From the NCBI GenBank assembly GCA_945861645.1, contig CAMAVZ010000006.1, forward strand, positions 9,758 through 73,757: a DNA stretch of 64,000 bases. The letters run 5' to 3'. The stretch is from Opitutus sp. GAS368. Lineage in GTDB: Bacteria > Verrucomicrobiota > Verrucomicrobiia > Opitutales > Opitutaceae. Shown here piece after piece: positions 1 through 10,394 of the stretch. Numbering within the stretch: the stretch's first letter is position 1; each line of letters starts with the position of its first letter. A program made the position numbers and the translations under genes. The notes under the pieces are model-generated. The model was given only the letters and a program-made list of their open reading frames with translations. It was not told the origin of the DNA and ran no database searches.

Positions 1-260
1 AGGGCCCATGATAAGCTCCCCTCAGGCCAGAGTTGCGCCCAAATCCTGTAAAAACCTAAGCCCCGCCTCGTTTTTGGCAGTCGCCACCTGACCCCGAGCG
101 ACGAGGGAAAGCTGCTGAGCAATAACATCTAACTGGCAGCCACCCCTTGTGCTTCGGGATAATCTAAACACCCTTAATGAGATACCAGTAAACTCAGCTT
201 GCGCCATCGTCTCTAGATAGTTTTTCTCCCGCTTCAATTTTTACGCTCCCAGCTTATTTT

Positions 261-1424
261 ATGCCTAGACCCCGCTTGCTTGGCTCCCTGTTTCAATGGA
301 TTGATTCTGATTATTCAGCAGAATCCCCGGAGGCTATTCGGGCCCAGCCGGACGGCGTAAATCTTGTTCGCTGCATTCCCTTTGTGGTTTTGCACCTTGG
401 CTGCCTTGGAGTGATATGGACTGGCTGGAGTTGGCTCGCCGTTAGCCTAGCCGTCGCGCTGTACTTTATCCGCATGTTTGCGGTTACTGGCATTTATCAC
501 CGCTATTTCTCGCATAAAACTTATAGCACCTCCCGCTTTGGCCAGTTTCTTTTAGCGCTTCTCGGCGCGACCTGCGTCCAACGAGGCGGCCTCTGGTGGG
601 CTTACCATCACCGGCATCACCACCAGCACTCCGATGAACCAAGCGATGCGCACTCCCCTCATGTCCATGGCTTCTGGTGGTCGCATATCGGCTGGATCAC
701 CAGCCGCCGTAACTTTCCCACTGACTATACCAAAATCCGTGATCTCGCTAAATACCCCGAGCTCGTTTTTCTTAACCGCTTCGATGTGATCGTGCCGGTC
801 CTGTTTGCAACCGCCCTCTTGGTTCTCGGCCAGAGCCTAGAACAAGCCTTACCCGCTTGGCACACGAGCGGTCCCCAACTGCTCGTCTGGGGATTTTTTA
901 TCAGCACCACGGCGCTATTCCATGGCACTTCTTGCATCAACTCGCTGGCCCATCTCATGGGCGGCCGGCGCTTCGCCACCAGTGACGATTCTCGCAACAG
1001 CTTTATTCTCTCCCTCATCACACTGGGCGAAGGTTGGCATAATAATCACCACCGCTACATGTCGTCTACCCGCCAAGGCTTCTATTGGTGGGAGCTCGAT
1101 ATCACTTATTATATCCTGAAAGCCATTTCTTGGACGGGTTTCATCTGGGATCTTAAACCGGTGCCGGCTTCGGTTTATCGCGAAGCTGAACTGCGCAACC
1201 ATCAAGATACCCTCGCCCGCTTTTCGATGTCTTCCGTGCAACATGAGATCGATCTCTTCCGGCGCGCGGTGCCGACGGCCGCCGCCATTGCGCTGGCAAC
1301 CGTCAATAGCCCAGAAGTCGCTACCCAAATGAAAAAATCTGCGGGGCCCGCGGTGCATAAAAACATCGGCGAACTAATCGTCCAAGCCGCGCCCCCCAAC
1401 GCCGCGCCTACGGCGGAGATCTAA
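261..1424 (+). CDS. Acyl-CoA/acyl-lipid (delta-9-like) fatty acid desaturase
   Basis: Three His boxes HRYFSH, HRHHH, GEGWHNNHH; TM helices; WWELD motif. Confidence 0.92.
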   Translation: MPRPRLLGSLFQWIDSDYSAESPEAIRAQPDGVNLVRCIPFVVLHLGCLGVIWTGWSWLAVSLAVALYFIRMFAVTGIYHRYFSHKTYSTSRFGQFLLALLGATCVQRGGLWWAYHHRHHHQHSDEPSDAHSPHVHGFWWSHIGWITSRRNFPTDYTKIRDLAKYPELVFLNRFDVIVPVLFATALLVLGQSLEQALPAWHTSGPQLLVWGFFISTTALFHGTSCINSLAHLMGGRRFATSDDSRNSFILSLITLGEGWHNNHHRYMSSTRQGFYWWELDITYYILKAISWTGFIWDLKPVPASVYREAELRNHQDTLARFSMSSVQHEIDLFRRAVPTAAAIALATVNSPEVATQMKKSAGPAVHKNIGELIVQAAPPNAAPTAEI

Positions 1425-1455
1425 AAAATACCGGCCGACGCGCTAGGCAATTTTC

Positions 1456-2751
1456 ATGGCCTCACTTGCCATCATTGGAACAGGCATCGCCGGCATGGGC
1501 GCGGCCCATTTTCTGCACCGACACTTCGAGCTGACGTTGTTCGAACAAAATGACTACACCGGGGGCCACACGAACACCGTTACTATCCCCGAGAAAGATA
1601 CTGGTCGCCCCACCCCCATCGATACCGGATTTATGGTATTCAATTATGCCACGTACCCCCAGTTGACCCGGCTCTTTGCCCAGCTCGAGGTGCCCGTTAA
1701 AAAAACGGCGATGTCCTTTAGTGTCCGCCACGAGGACACCGGCCTCGAGTTTGCCGGGTCTTCGCTCAATCATCTTTTTGCGCAGCGCCGCAATTTGCTT
1801 CGTCCGCGGTTTATCCGCATGCTGGTGGCGATTGCCCGCTTCAATCGAGAAGCCATCGCCGCTCTTGCTGATCCTGCCTGGGGCAAATTAACCCTGGGCG
1901 ATTATGTTAAACAGCGCGGCTACGGTGAGGATTTTTTCAACCTCTACTTGGTCCCCATGAGCTCGGCGGTCTGGTCAACGCCTCCTGATAAAATGCTGGC
2001 CTTCCCCGCGACTACCTTGCTGCGGTTTTTTCATAATCACGGCTTCCTTGGTCTAGATACGCAGCATCAATGGTGGACCGTCACCGGTGGGGCCCAAGAA
2101 TATGTCAAACGACTCACCGCGCCCTGGCGTGATCGCATTCGGCACCAGGCCAAAGTAGTTCGTCTGCAGCGCGCGGCCGGCGGGATTAGGGTCACCACCG
2201 CCACAGGCGCGCCACAGCATTTCGACCACGCCATCGTTGCCTGTCATCCCGATGAAGCCTTACGCCTGCTCGCTGACCCCACAGCGGAGGAAACCCGTTT
2301 GCTCAGCGAGTTTCACTACCAGGCCAATATTGCCACGCTCCACACGGATGCCACCGTGATGCCGCGCACCCCCCTCGCTTGGTCGGCCTGGAATTACTCC
2401 ATTGCCCGCGATGCGCACGGTGTCATCTCGCCCGCCACGCATTACTGGATGAATTGCTTGCAAGGGGTCTCCGATCGCGAAAATTATTTTGTATCGATCA
2501 ATGGCACCGCCCGCATTGCTCCCGCAAAAATTCTCAAAACGATCGCCTACTCCCATCCGCTATTTAGTCGAGGTGCCGTCCAGGCCCAAGCGGAGTTACC
2601 CCAACTCAACCAGAATGCGCGCGGTCAAACCGAGACTTATTTCGTCGGCGCTTGGCAGCGCTATGGATTTCATGAGGATGGCCTGCTTTCCGCCGTGAAT
2701 TTAAGTCAACAACTCCTCGGGCGCGACCCGTGGATCTCCTCAAAATCATGA
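1456..2751 (+). CDS. FAD-dependent oxidoreductase (amine-oxidase family, UfaD-like)
   Basis: GTGIAG dinucleotide motif, GGHTNT, DTGFMVFN, GFHEDG; typical partner of DUF1365/cfa. Confidence 0.88.
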   Translation: MASLAIIGTGIAGMGAAHFLHRHFELTLFEQNDYTGGHTNTVTIPEKDTGRPTPIDTGFMVFNYATYPQLTRLFAQLEVPVKKTAMSFSVRHEDTGLEFAGSSLNHLFAQRRNLLRPRFIRMLVAIARFNREAIAALADPAWGKLTLGDYVKQRGYGEDFFNLYLVPMSSAVWSTPPDKMLAFPATTLLRFFHNHGFLGLDTQHQWWTVTGGAQEYVKRLTAPWRDRIRHQAKVVRLQRAAGGIRVTTATGAPQHFDHAIVACHPDEALRLLADPTAEETRLLSEFHYQANIATLHTDATVMPRTPLAWSAWNYSIARDAHGVISPATHYWMNCLQGVSDRENYFVSINGTARIAPAKILKTIAYSHPLFSRGAVQAQAELPQLNQNARGQTETYFVGAWQRYGFHEDGLLSAVNLSQQLLGRDPWISSKS

Positions 2752-2794
2752 TTCTAAGGGCATCTTCAGACTCAGCTTAAACGTATCTTTACGA

Positions 2795-3646
2795 GTGAAT
2801 TCCTGTCTCTACGAATGCCAGATTTTACACCAGCGCTTTACGCCCAAGGCGCATCGCTTTGTGTATCGCATCTTCATGTTTGCGTTCGATTTGGATGAAC
2901 TCGCCGCCTTACCCGCGCGGCTCGCTTTATTTTCCAACCAACGCCGCAATGTTTACAATTTTTGCGAACGTGATTTTTTGCCGACCACAGAAATTCTCCA
3001 CCAGCCGAGCCCCCGGGCGCCCGCGCCGGCGCCGATTGCTGGATTAAAGGATCGCGTCATCGCGCACCTTGCGGCCCACGGCATCGATCTCGCCGGTGGG
3101 CGCGTCATGCTGATCACCTTGCCGCGGGTATTCGGCTATCAATTTAATCCCGTTTCTTTTTATTTTTGCTACGATCGACAGGGGCATCCGGTCGCCTCCA
3201 TCGCGGAAGTCAGCAATACCTTCAAAGAAATGAAGCCCTTCGTGCTCGGGCCCGCGACCAGGGCGACCAACGCAAACGCGGCGGTTTTTTCTCGGCGCAC
3301 GCCAAAATATTTCTACGTCTCCCCTTTCTCTGACCTCGACGTGGATTTTGATTTCACCTTGCACACGCCAGAAGATAAATTGGCGATTCAGATCGATGAT
3401 TATGCGGCGGGTGAGCGCACCCTCACCAGCGTTTTAACCGGCTCTCGGACGAGCTTGACTAATGGGCGCCTCGCTTGGTTTACGTTTAAATATCCCTTTA
3501 TCAGCTTACGAGTAATGGCCCTGATTCACTGGCAAGCGCTGCAGCTTTACCTGAAACGCGTGCCGTGGTTCGCGAAATCAGCGCGGCCTGAGGCTCAGCG
3601 TGATCTTTACCGTCCCCACTCCTCCATCGCCCCGCCTGCTGCATGA
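2795..3646 (+). CDS. DUF1365 family protein
   Basis: HxRxxPxxHxFxY, PRVFGYQFNPVSFYFC, EVSNT, KxFYVSPF, IHWQA. Confidence 0.9.
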   Translation: MNSCLYECQILHQRFTPKAHRFVYRIFMFAFDLDELAALPARLALFSNQRRNVYNFCERDFLPTTEILHQPSPRAPAPAPIAGLKDRVIAHLAAHGIDLAGGRVMLITLPRVFGYQFNPVSFYFCYDRQGHPVASIAEVSNTFKEMKPFVLGPATRATNANAAVFSRRTPKYFYVSPFSDLDVDFDFTLHTPEDKLAIQIDDYAAGERTLTSVLTGSRTSLTNGRLAWFTFKYPFISLRVMALIHWQALQLYLKRVPWFAKSARPEAQRDLYRPHSSIAPPAA

Positions 3647-4935
3647 ACCCGCCTGCCACTACGATCAATTCTACGCCGCTCAATGCCTCTTCCGCCGCGG
3701 GCTCTTTTTTCCAGCGCGCGGTGCTTAAAGCTTTCGCGGCGATGCCGCGCGGCCAGCTCCGCCTCGAGTTACCGGATGGAACCGTCCGATTATTTGGCGA
3801 TCCGGCGATAACGCTTCAGCTCATCGCGCCTGGGGTAAACAACTGCGCCACGCTGCGCGTGCGCCGCGCTGCTCTTTTTACCAAGACTGCGCTCTATGGG
3901 GATATTGGCTTTGCGGAGGCTTACCTAGATGGGGATTGGGAGACGCCTGATCTCACGGCTTTGCTCGGTTGGTTTGTCTTAAACGTTGAACATGCCCCCA
4001 CGCTTTCAGGATCGCAGCGGGCCCAGTCACTCGCGCTCAATTTACTGCGCGCCGGCAATCGCTTGGGGCACTTACTTCGCCCCAACACGCGGGCGAATGC
4101 CGAACGCAACATTCGCGCTCATTACGATCTCTCCAACGATTTCTTCGCTCTCTGGCTTGATCCCTCGATGATGTATTCAGCCGCCCGCTGGAGTGGCGCG
4201 AGCACCCTCGCCGAAGCGCAAGTCGCAAAGAACGATGCCCTTTGTCAAAAACTACGCCTTCAACCGACTGACCACGTGCTTGAAATTGGCACCGGCTGGG
4301 GCGCCTGGAGCATTCATGCCGCCAAAAATTATGGCTGCCGCGTCACGACCCTGACCATCTCACCGCAACAGCGCGACCTCGCGGTTCAGCGCATCGCGGC
4401 AGCTGGTCTCAGCGATCGCATCACGGTCTGCCTGCAAGACTACCGCGAACTCGCGGGCCAATTCGATAAAATCGTCTCAATCGAAATGCTCGAAGCCGTT
4501 GGCCACCGTTACCTGCCGGCGTATGCCGCAGTATGTAGCCGAATGCTCAAACCCGGCGGGTTGATCGCGCTCCAATTTATCACCTGCCCTGATGCGCGCT
4601 ACCCGCAGTTTCGCTCGGGCGTAGATTTTATTCAAAAGCACATCTTCCCTGGCTCGCTCCTGCTCTCGCTCAATCGTGTCAACCAACAGTTCGCTGAACA
4701 CGGCGGTTTCGTGCTGCACGGGCTCGAGGATCTGGGGCGAGATTATGCCCGCACCCTGCTAAATTGGCGGGAGTCGTTTCACGCCAAACTCGACCAAGTG
4801 CGCGCCCTCGGTTTCAATGACCACTTCATCCGCAAGTGGCATTACTACCTGTGTTACTGTGAAACCGCTTTTGCCCTGCGCAATATTTCGGTAGTCCAAG
4901 CGGTCTACACGCGCCCCAACAACCTTTCTTTATAA
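3643..4935 (+). CDS. cfa: Cyclopropane-fatty-acyl-phospholipid synthase family methyltransferase
   Basis: HYDLSNDFF, MMYS, LEIGTGWG, SIEMLEAVG, HIFPG; ATGA overlap with DUF1365. Confidence 0.9.
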   Translation: MNPPATTINSTPLNASSAAGSFFQRAVLKAFAAMPRGQLRLELPDGTVRLFGDPAITLQLIAPGVNNCATLRVRRAALFTKTALYGDIGFAEAYLDGDWETPDLTALLGWFVLNVEHAPTLSGSQRAQSLALNLLRAGNRLGHLLRPNTRANAERNIRAHYDLSNDFFALWLDPSMMYSAARWSGASTLAEAQVAKNDALCQKLRLQPTDHVLEIGTGWGAWSIHAAKNYGCRVTTLTISPQQRDLAVQRIAAAGLSDRITVCLQDYRELAGQFDKIVSIEMLEAVGHRYLPAYAAVCSRMLKPGGLIALQFITCPDARYPQFRSGVDFIQKHIFPGSLLLSLNRVNQQFAEHGGFVLHGLEDLGRDYARTLLNWRESFHAKLDQVRALGFNDHFIRKWHYYLCYCETAFALRNISVVQAVYTRPNNLSL

Positions 4936-4942
4936 TCCTCCC

Positions 4943-5338
4943 ATGCTTTGGCTGCTTCGACTTCTTTTTACCGTGATTCTCGCCGCCATGCTTGGCGTCA
5001 CCTCGTGGGCGAGTTTTCATTGCCCACTGTTTGCTGTGCCGCGGGATGTTTTTACGCATCCTTGGTTTATCGCGACCCTCTTTGACGCCTACGCGGGCTT
5101 CCTCACTTTTTATGTTTGGGTCGCTTATCAACAAACCTCGTGGCCGGCGCGCCTGAGCTGGTTCATCGCCATCATGCTTTTGGGTAATATCGCGATGGCC
5201 GCCTACTGTCTCCATGCTTTATGGTCTGTTGCCACCCCGGCGCCACTCGCCGCCGTGCTCACCGCCCGCCGAGCTGGGCCGAGCTGGCTTGGTCTCGGCC
5301 TCGCCGCCGCAGGTATTGCCGTCTTGTTCCTCGCTTAA
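4943..5338 (+). CDS. DUF1475-like membrane protein
   Basis: PWFIATLFDAYAGF..WVAY..LGNI motif, 4 TM helices. Confidence 0.7.
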   Translation: MLWLLRLLFTVILAAMLGVTSWASFHCPLFAVPRDVFTHPWFIATLFDAYAGFLTFYVWVAYQQTSWPARLSWFIAIMLLGNIAMAAYCLHALWSVATPAPLAAVLTARRAGPSWLGLGLAAAGIAVLFLA

Positions 5339-5353
5339 ACTCTACCGCCCACC

Positions 5354-6145
5354 ATGACGGCCCCCCTGCTTATCCTCAGCGCGCTCGCGGGCCTGTGTCT
5401 GGTTTTTGCCTTATTTTATTTCCTCGCCGCGCGCCTTAATAATTACGGCATCGTTGATATCGTTTGGTCCTATTCCTTTGCCGTCCTGGCGATTTATTAC
5501 GCCGTGGGCGGCTCCGGCTGGCCGCTTCGCCGCGGCTTAATCGCCACGCTAGCTTCGCTGTGGAGCCTGCGCCTTGGCACCCATCTCTATCGCCGCGTGA
5601 TGAGTCACCATCCCATTGAGGACGGCCGCTATCAGCAATTGCGCCAAAACTGGGCGGGTAATTTTCCCGCGATGATGTTTGGTTTTTTTCAACTCCAAGC
5701 GTTCTCGGTCGTGGTCCTCGCCGCCGCTTTTGCCCTGGCCTGCCTCAATCCCGCGCCCGCACTGCAGCCGCTGGAGCTCGCCGGCGCGCTTCTTTGGCTG
5801 CTAGCCTTTGGCGGAGAAGCGCTGGCCGATGCCCAACTTGCGGCCTTCAAGCGCGATCCCGCTAACCAGGGAGCCGTTTGCACCCGCGGCCTTTGGCATT
5901 ATAGCCGACATCCTAATTATTTTTTTGAATGGCTGATCTGGGTGGCTTATTTCGTTTTTGCCCTCGCCTCACCCCTCGGCTGGATCGCGGTAATCGGTCC
6001 GCTCAGTATTTTATTTCTCCTGCTGCGCGTGACCGGCATCCCGTTGACCGAAGAACAAGCGATTCGCTCCAAGGGCGCGGCTTATCGCCGCTATCAAGCA
6101 ACGACGAGTGCCTTCCTTCCCTGGTTCCCTAAAAAACTGCCATGA
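5354..6145 (+). CDS. DUF1295 / steroid 5-alpha-reductase-like membrane protein
   Basis: EDGRY, EALADAQL, GLWHYSRHPNYFFEW, YQxxTSAFLPW. Confidence 0.88.
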   Translation: MTAPLLILSALAGLCLVFALFYFLAARLNNYGIVDIVWSYSFAVLAIYYAVGGSGWPLRRGLIATLASLWSLRLGTHLYRRVMSHHPIEDGRYQQLRQNWAGNFPAMMFGFFQLQAFSVVVLAAAFALACLNPAPALQPLELAGALLWLLAFGGEALADAQLAAFKRDPANQGAVCTRGLWHYSRHPNYFFEWLIWVAYFVFALASPLGWIAVIGPLSILFLLLRVTGIPLTEEQAIRSKGAAYRRYQATTSAFLPWFPKKLP

Positions 6146-7161
6146 TCGACTCCTTACTGGAAAGTAACCTTCTGCCCGATTGGTTAATCCGCATCGGGAT
6201 TCGTCGTTTGCTCCGCCAACGCTTGCGCGAGGAGGCGTGCCGCGATCCGGCGGCCCAGTTGCGACGCTTTGCGGCCGAACTCACCGGCCAACCGATCGCG
6301 GTCAATACCACTGAGTCCAAAGAACAACACTACGAGGTGCCCACTCTATTTTACCAAAAATGCCTCGGCCCGCGGCTGAAATATTCTAGCGGGCTTTACC
6401 TGACAGGACCAGCAACCCTCGCCCAAGCGGAAGAGGCGATGCTGGCCCTGACCTGCACTCGCGCCCAACTCGCCGACGGCGACCATATTCTTGAGCTCGG
6501 GTGCGGGTGGGGCTCATTGACCCTTTGGATGGCCGAAAAATATCCCGCCGCCCAGATCACGGCGGTGTCGCATTCCCGCACGCAGCGGGAACACATCACC
6601 ACCGAAGCCCGCGCGCGGGGCTACACGAACATAACTGTGCTTACCTGCGATATGAATGATCTTGAACTCGCGGCCGGCCAGTTTGATCGCGTGGTCTCAG
6701 TCGAGATGTTTGAGCATATGAAAAATTGGCCCCGCCTCCTCGCCCACATCGCGCGGTGGCTCAAACCGGGCGGAACATTTTTTGCCCACGTCTTTGTCCA
6801 CGCCCAACTCGCTTATCACTTCGTGGCGCGCGATCAGAGCGACTGGATGAGTAAATATTTTTTCACCGGCGGCATGATGCCGGCCCATGATTTATTTAGT
6901 TTATGCCAAGCCGATCTCACCCTGGTGGACACTTGGCGCGTCAACGGCACGCATTACGCGCGAACGGCTGAACATTGGCTGAAAAACATGGATGCTCACC
7001 AAGCGGAAATCATGCCGTTGTTTCGCGCTACCTACGGGGAGGCTCACGCCGTAAAGTGGTGGGCGTACTGGCGAATTTTCTACCTCTCCTGCGCCGAATT
7101 GTGGAATTTCCGCGCCGGTGAAGAGTGGCACGTTAGTCATTACCTCATGCGGAAGCCCTGA
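6142..7161 (+). CDS. SAM-dependent methyltransferase, Cfa/coclaurine N-methyltransferase-like
   Basis: EQHYEVP, LKYSSG, LELGCGWGS, SVEMFEHM, FFTGGMMP. Confidence 0.88.
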   Translation: MIDSLLESNLLPDWLIRIGIRRLLRQRLREEACRDPAAQLRRFAAELTGQPIAVNTTESKEQHYEVPTLFYQKCLGPRLKYSSGLYLTGPATLAQAEEAMLALTCTRAQLADGDHILELGCGWGSLTLWMAEKYPAAQITAVSHSRTQREHITTEARARGYTNITVLTCDMNDLELAAGQFDRVVSVEMFEHMKNWPRLLAHIARWLKPGGTFFAHVFVHAQLAYHFVARDQSDWMSKYFFTGGMMPAHDLFSLCQADLTLVDTWRVNGTHYARTAEHWLKNMDAHQAEIMPLFRATYGEAHAVKWWAYWRIFYLSCAELWNFRAGEEWHVSHYLMRKP

Positions 7162-7174
7162 GCGTTTGGCTTTT

Positions 7175-7909
7175 ATGTTTAGTAAGCTACTTTGCACTCT
7201 CCTGCTCTTGGGTTCAACCAGTGCCCGGGCCTCCCTCGAGGCAGCCCTTGCCGCCGAGGCTAACTGGAATTCCCCCATCGCCCTTGAACTTTTTCTCGCC
7301 GCAGACCGAGCCAAGCCTAATGACCCGTATATTTTACAAAAGATAGCCCAGCAATACGCGGACCTTATAGCGGACCAATTGACCAATGACGCGCGGCAAG
7401 ATTTCGCCCAAGCTGCTCTTGCCTATGCGCAGCGCGCCACCGCCCTGGATGCGAACGCGATCAACGTACTTTCCGTCGCGGTGGCCTACGGCTCCCTCGC
7501 CGCTTATAGTGATACTTCCAAAAAGATTCAGTACTCGCGCTTAGTGCGGTCCGAGGCGGAGCGAGCGCTTCGCTTAGACCCAGATTATGCTTGGGCCCAC
7601 CACGTACTAGGGCGCTGGCATTACGAAATAGCCTCCCTTGGCTTCTCCGCTCGATTGCTCGTACGCTTATGGTACGGGGGCCTACCAGCAGCCTCGTTTG
7701 CGGAGAGTCAGCGGCATCTAAACCAAGCGATCGCTCTTGAGCCAAAGGCATTGGCCCATCCTCTTGAACTGGGCTTCGCTTATGCCGCCGCAGGACAACT
7801 CGCACTCGCCAAAATTGAATGGCAACGCGGACTCACGATGCCGGCTTTAAAAAAATATGATCGGCCAGCTAAGTTACGCGCCCAGACGGCGCTCGAAGCC
7901 TTAAATTAA
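7175..7909 (+). CDS. Secreted TPR-like helical repeat protein
   Basis: Signal peptide from ATG 7175; ALRLDPDYAWAHHVLGRWHYE TPR-type repeats. Confidence 0.7.
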   Translation: MFSKLLCTLLLLGSTSARASLEAALAAEANWNSPIALELFLAADRAKPNDPYILQKIAQQYADLIADQLTNDARQDFAQAALAYAQRATALDANAINVLSVAVAYGSLAAYSDTSKKIQYSRLVRSEAERALRLDPDYAWAHHVLGRWHYEIASLGFSARLLVRLWYGGLPAASFAESQRHLNQAIALEPKALAHPLELGFAYAAAGQLALAKIEWQRGLTMPALKKYDRPAKLRAQTALEALN

Positions 7910-8791
7910 CACCAGCCCGATCGCGGCGATCATGAGGCCAGCCCCGAGCAGTCGAGCGCGCAAGACGCCCGGCTCGATATGCTGTTCCGTACTCATAAAC
8001 CAGTGCCCAATCCCCCATACGAGCAGCACGCTGAATAGTCCGCGCAAACTGTAGACGATATTTACGGCCGTCGCGCTACCGACCAAACCGATAGACCAAA
8101 GGACGCCGGCATTATTCAAGGCCAAGAGGAGCGCCGCTGCGCCGACCCAGCGCCACATGGCCGCATTCATTGCCCGCAGCGGCGCTTTGAAAAAAGGCAT
8201 GAAGCCGAAGGACAATAAACCAACCCCGGCGAACATCGGCGGGAAAAACTGCCGCGCGCCCCAGTGCGGGAGCCATTTTTGCACCAACACGTCCCCCAGC
8301 CCAAAAGCGGTCGCACTGCAAAAAGCGAGCAACACCGTTCGCCCAACCCGCGGTCGGTTCGCTCCGCTACCTCGGTGCAGCAGCATGATCGCCGCCGTGC
8401 TCAGGCCGGCCCCAACCCACCATTGCCAGGGGACGACCCCCACGCGAAGTAAGCTGCTGAACAGCGCGACCAAAATTACTTTGGTGCCCATGACTGGGGT
8501 CACAACCGAAACATCACCGTGGCTTAAGGCCCAAAAAGTGAACGCTTGGCCCGCAAAGAAAAGTAATGCGGTCACGGCCGGCTGCCAATAATCAAGGCTC
8601 GGTTGATGGGCCGCCGAAGCCCCCCACCACAGCGGCAGGAAAAATAGCGCGACGGTCCAGTTTGATAAAAATCCCGTGCGCCAGATGCCCGCACCTAAGG
8701 CCGCGGCGCGCTTCACGGTCAGGGCGGCCACCACATAAAGCAGCGCACAAGCCAAAGGCAGCAAAAGGCTAATTTGGAATTTCATCATCAT
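7901..8791 (-). CDS. DMT/EamA family transporter
   Basis: ~10 TM helices, ALSHGDVSVVTP motif; start uncertain (8791 or 8788). Confidence 0.8.
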   Translation of the reverse strand: MMMKFQISLLLPLACALLYVVAALTVKRAAALGAGIWRTGFLSNWTVALFFLPLWWGASAAHQPSLDYWQPAVTALLFFAGQAFTFWALSHGDVSVVTPVMGTKVILVALFSSLLRVGVVPWQWWVGAGLSTAAIMLLHRGSGANRPRVGRTVLLAFCSATAFGLGDVLVQKWLPHWGARQFFPPMFAGVGLLSFGFMPFFKAPLRAMNAAMWRWVGAAALLLALNNAGVLWSIGLVGSATAVNIVYSLRGLFSVLLVWGIGHWFMSTEQHIEPGVLRARLLGAGLMIAAIGLVLI

Positions 8792-8835
8792 TGCCCCGAT
8801 TTGCCCAGGCGCCAGCACCCGGCCTTAACTGGCCC

Positions 8836-9360
8836 TCACCGCAGCGCTTGCTGCACCAGTTTTTCATATTCTTCCGGTGCAACTGCCCCGATTTTTTGGT
8901 GCACAATGACGCCTTGGCGGTTAATTAAAAATGTCGTCGGCAGAGCCTCAATCCCACCGAAGGCCTCCGCGCTAGCGTCATCCCCCATCACAATCGTATA
9001 ATTTATGCCGCGCGCGGCCGCAAATCGCTCGACGGCCGCTGGTCCACGACGATCCATTGAAATGCCGATAATTACCAAGCCTTGCGCGGCATATTTATTT
9101 TGGAGGGCAATATAGCCGGGAATTTCGGCCACACATGGTGGGCACCACGTCGCCCAAAAATCGACCACCACAACCTTGCCCTTAAATTGCTCAGAGCTGA
9201 CGGTCTGACCGGCTAGGTCAGGGAGTTGCCACGGCGGCGCCGATAAGGCGACGCTCGGCACGGTGTCCGATGCAGCCAGCAACACCGCGCCGCTCAACAA
9301 GCCGCTTAGAATGAGCCTCAACCCAAGACGCCCAGCGATCCGACGAATAAAAAGGTGCAT
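8836..9360 (-). CDS. TlpA-family thiol-disulfide oxidoreductase
   Basis: DFWATWCPPC, LPTTFLI, N-terminal signal/anchor. Confidence 0.92.
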   Translation of the reverse strand: MHLFIRRIAGRLGLRLILSGLLSGAVLLAASDTVPSVALSAPPWQLPDLAGQTVSSEQFKGKVVVVDFWATWCPPCVAEIPGYIALQNKYAAQGLVIIGISMDRRGPAAVERFAAARGINYTIVMGDDASAEAFGGIEALPTTFLINRQGVIVHQKIGAVAPEEYEKLVQQALR

Positions 9361-9422
9361 AATAAAAATCTGCGGCCATCAGCCCTCCATCGCAAGCCAC
9401 GCGCGGCGGAAAGCATCCTCGG

Positions 9423-10325
9423 TTAGATTTTAGCGGCCACCTCGGTGGGTTCCACGCCGAGAATCTCAATAAATTTTTTCATGGCGGGCGTGAGCACCCG
9501 ACCTTTGCGATGCAAGATAGCGAGCGGCCGAGTAAATTCCCGCCCTTTGAAGGCAATGGTCACGAGCGTACCCTGCCGGACTTCTTGCAGAACGGTCGCT
9601 TGCGGCACAATCGCCACGCCATGATCGATCTCCACGGCGCGCTTCACCGTCTCAATATTATCAAACTCCATCACGGGCGTGATTTCTAATTTGAAATCGC
9701 GGAAAATCTGATCGACCGCTTTCCGCGTTGGAATATCCGGATCAAAGCCAATGAATTTATGCGCCGCCAGCGCCTTCATTTCCACCTCGGGCGCTTTAGC
9801 CAAAGGGTGGTTGGGGTGCGCGATCAAGATCAGGCGATCATTGCGGAAGGGCAGCATCTCAATCTGCCGCACCTTCTGCGGAAAGGCGACTAAGCCAAAA
9901 TCCACGGAGTTATGTAGGATATCTTCGTACACCAGATTAGACCGCCGATACTCCACCCGCACATTGACCGAAGGATAATCGTGCAAGAATTTTTTAATAT
10001 AGGGCGGCAATTCATGCAGCCCAATCGAGTAGATCGTGGAAATTCGAATCATGCCGCTAATCACCTTCTTCATTTCCTGCAAATCGCTCTCCAGCTTCTC
10101 ATAGCCATGGAGAATTTCCTTGGCGGCCTCATAAATTAGCTGCCCTTCACGGGTGAGATTAAACTGCTTCTGGCTCCGATCAACCATCAGCGTCTTAAAG
10201 TTGCGCTCCATCGAACGGGCCTGCTGACTCACCGCCGACTGGGTAATGCCATTCAACTTGGCGGCCTTAGAGAAGCTTTTGGTTTCCACCAAATCGGCGA
10301 AGATTTTAAAATTCTCAATTTGCAT
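9423..10325 (-). CDS. LysR family transcriptional regulator
   Basis: HTH SFSKAAKLNGITQSAVSQQ; EFDNIETVKRAV substrate-binding domain. Confidence 0.93.
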   Translation of the reverse strand: MQIENFKIFADLVETKSFSKAAKLNGITQSAVSQQARSMERNFKTLMVDRSQKQFNLTREGQLIYEAAKEILHGYEKLESDLQEMKKVISGMIRISTIYSIGLHELPPYIKKFLHDYPSVNVRVEYRRSNLVYEDILHNSVDFGLVAFPQKVRQIEMLPFRNDRLILIAHPNHPLAKAPEVEMKALAAHKFIGFDPDIPTRKAVDQIFRDFKLEITPVMEFDNIETVKRAVEIDHGVAIVPQATVLQEVRQGTLVTIAFKGREFTRPLAILHRKGRVLTPAMKKFIEILGVEPTEVAAKI

Positions 10326-10394
10326 ACAACGGGATTGTGGCGCTCAGTATAAATATAACTTATCAGCAGGCCAATCTAAAAGACATACCAAGAA

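Noticed and set aside
22-237. 71-aa minus-strand ORF at the window start
   Set aside because: No recognisable motif, and context is truncated by the window edge
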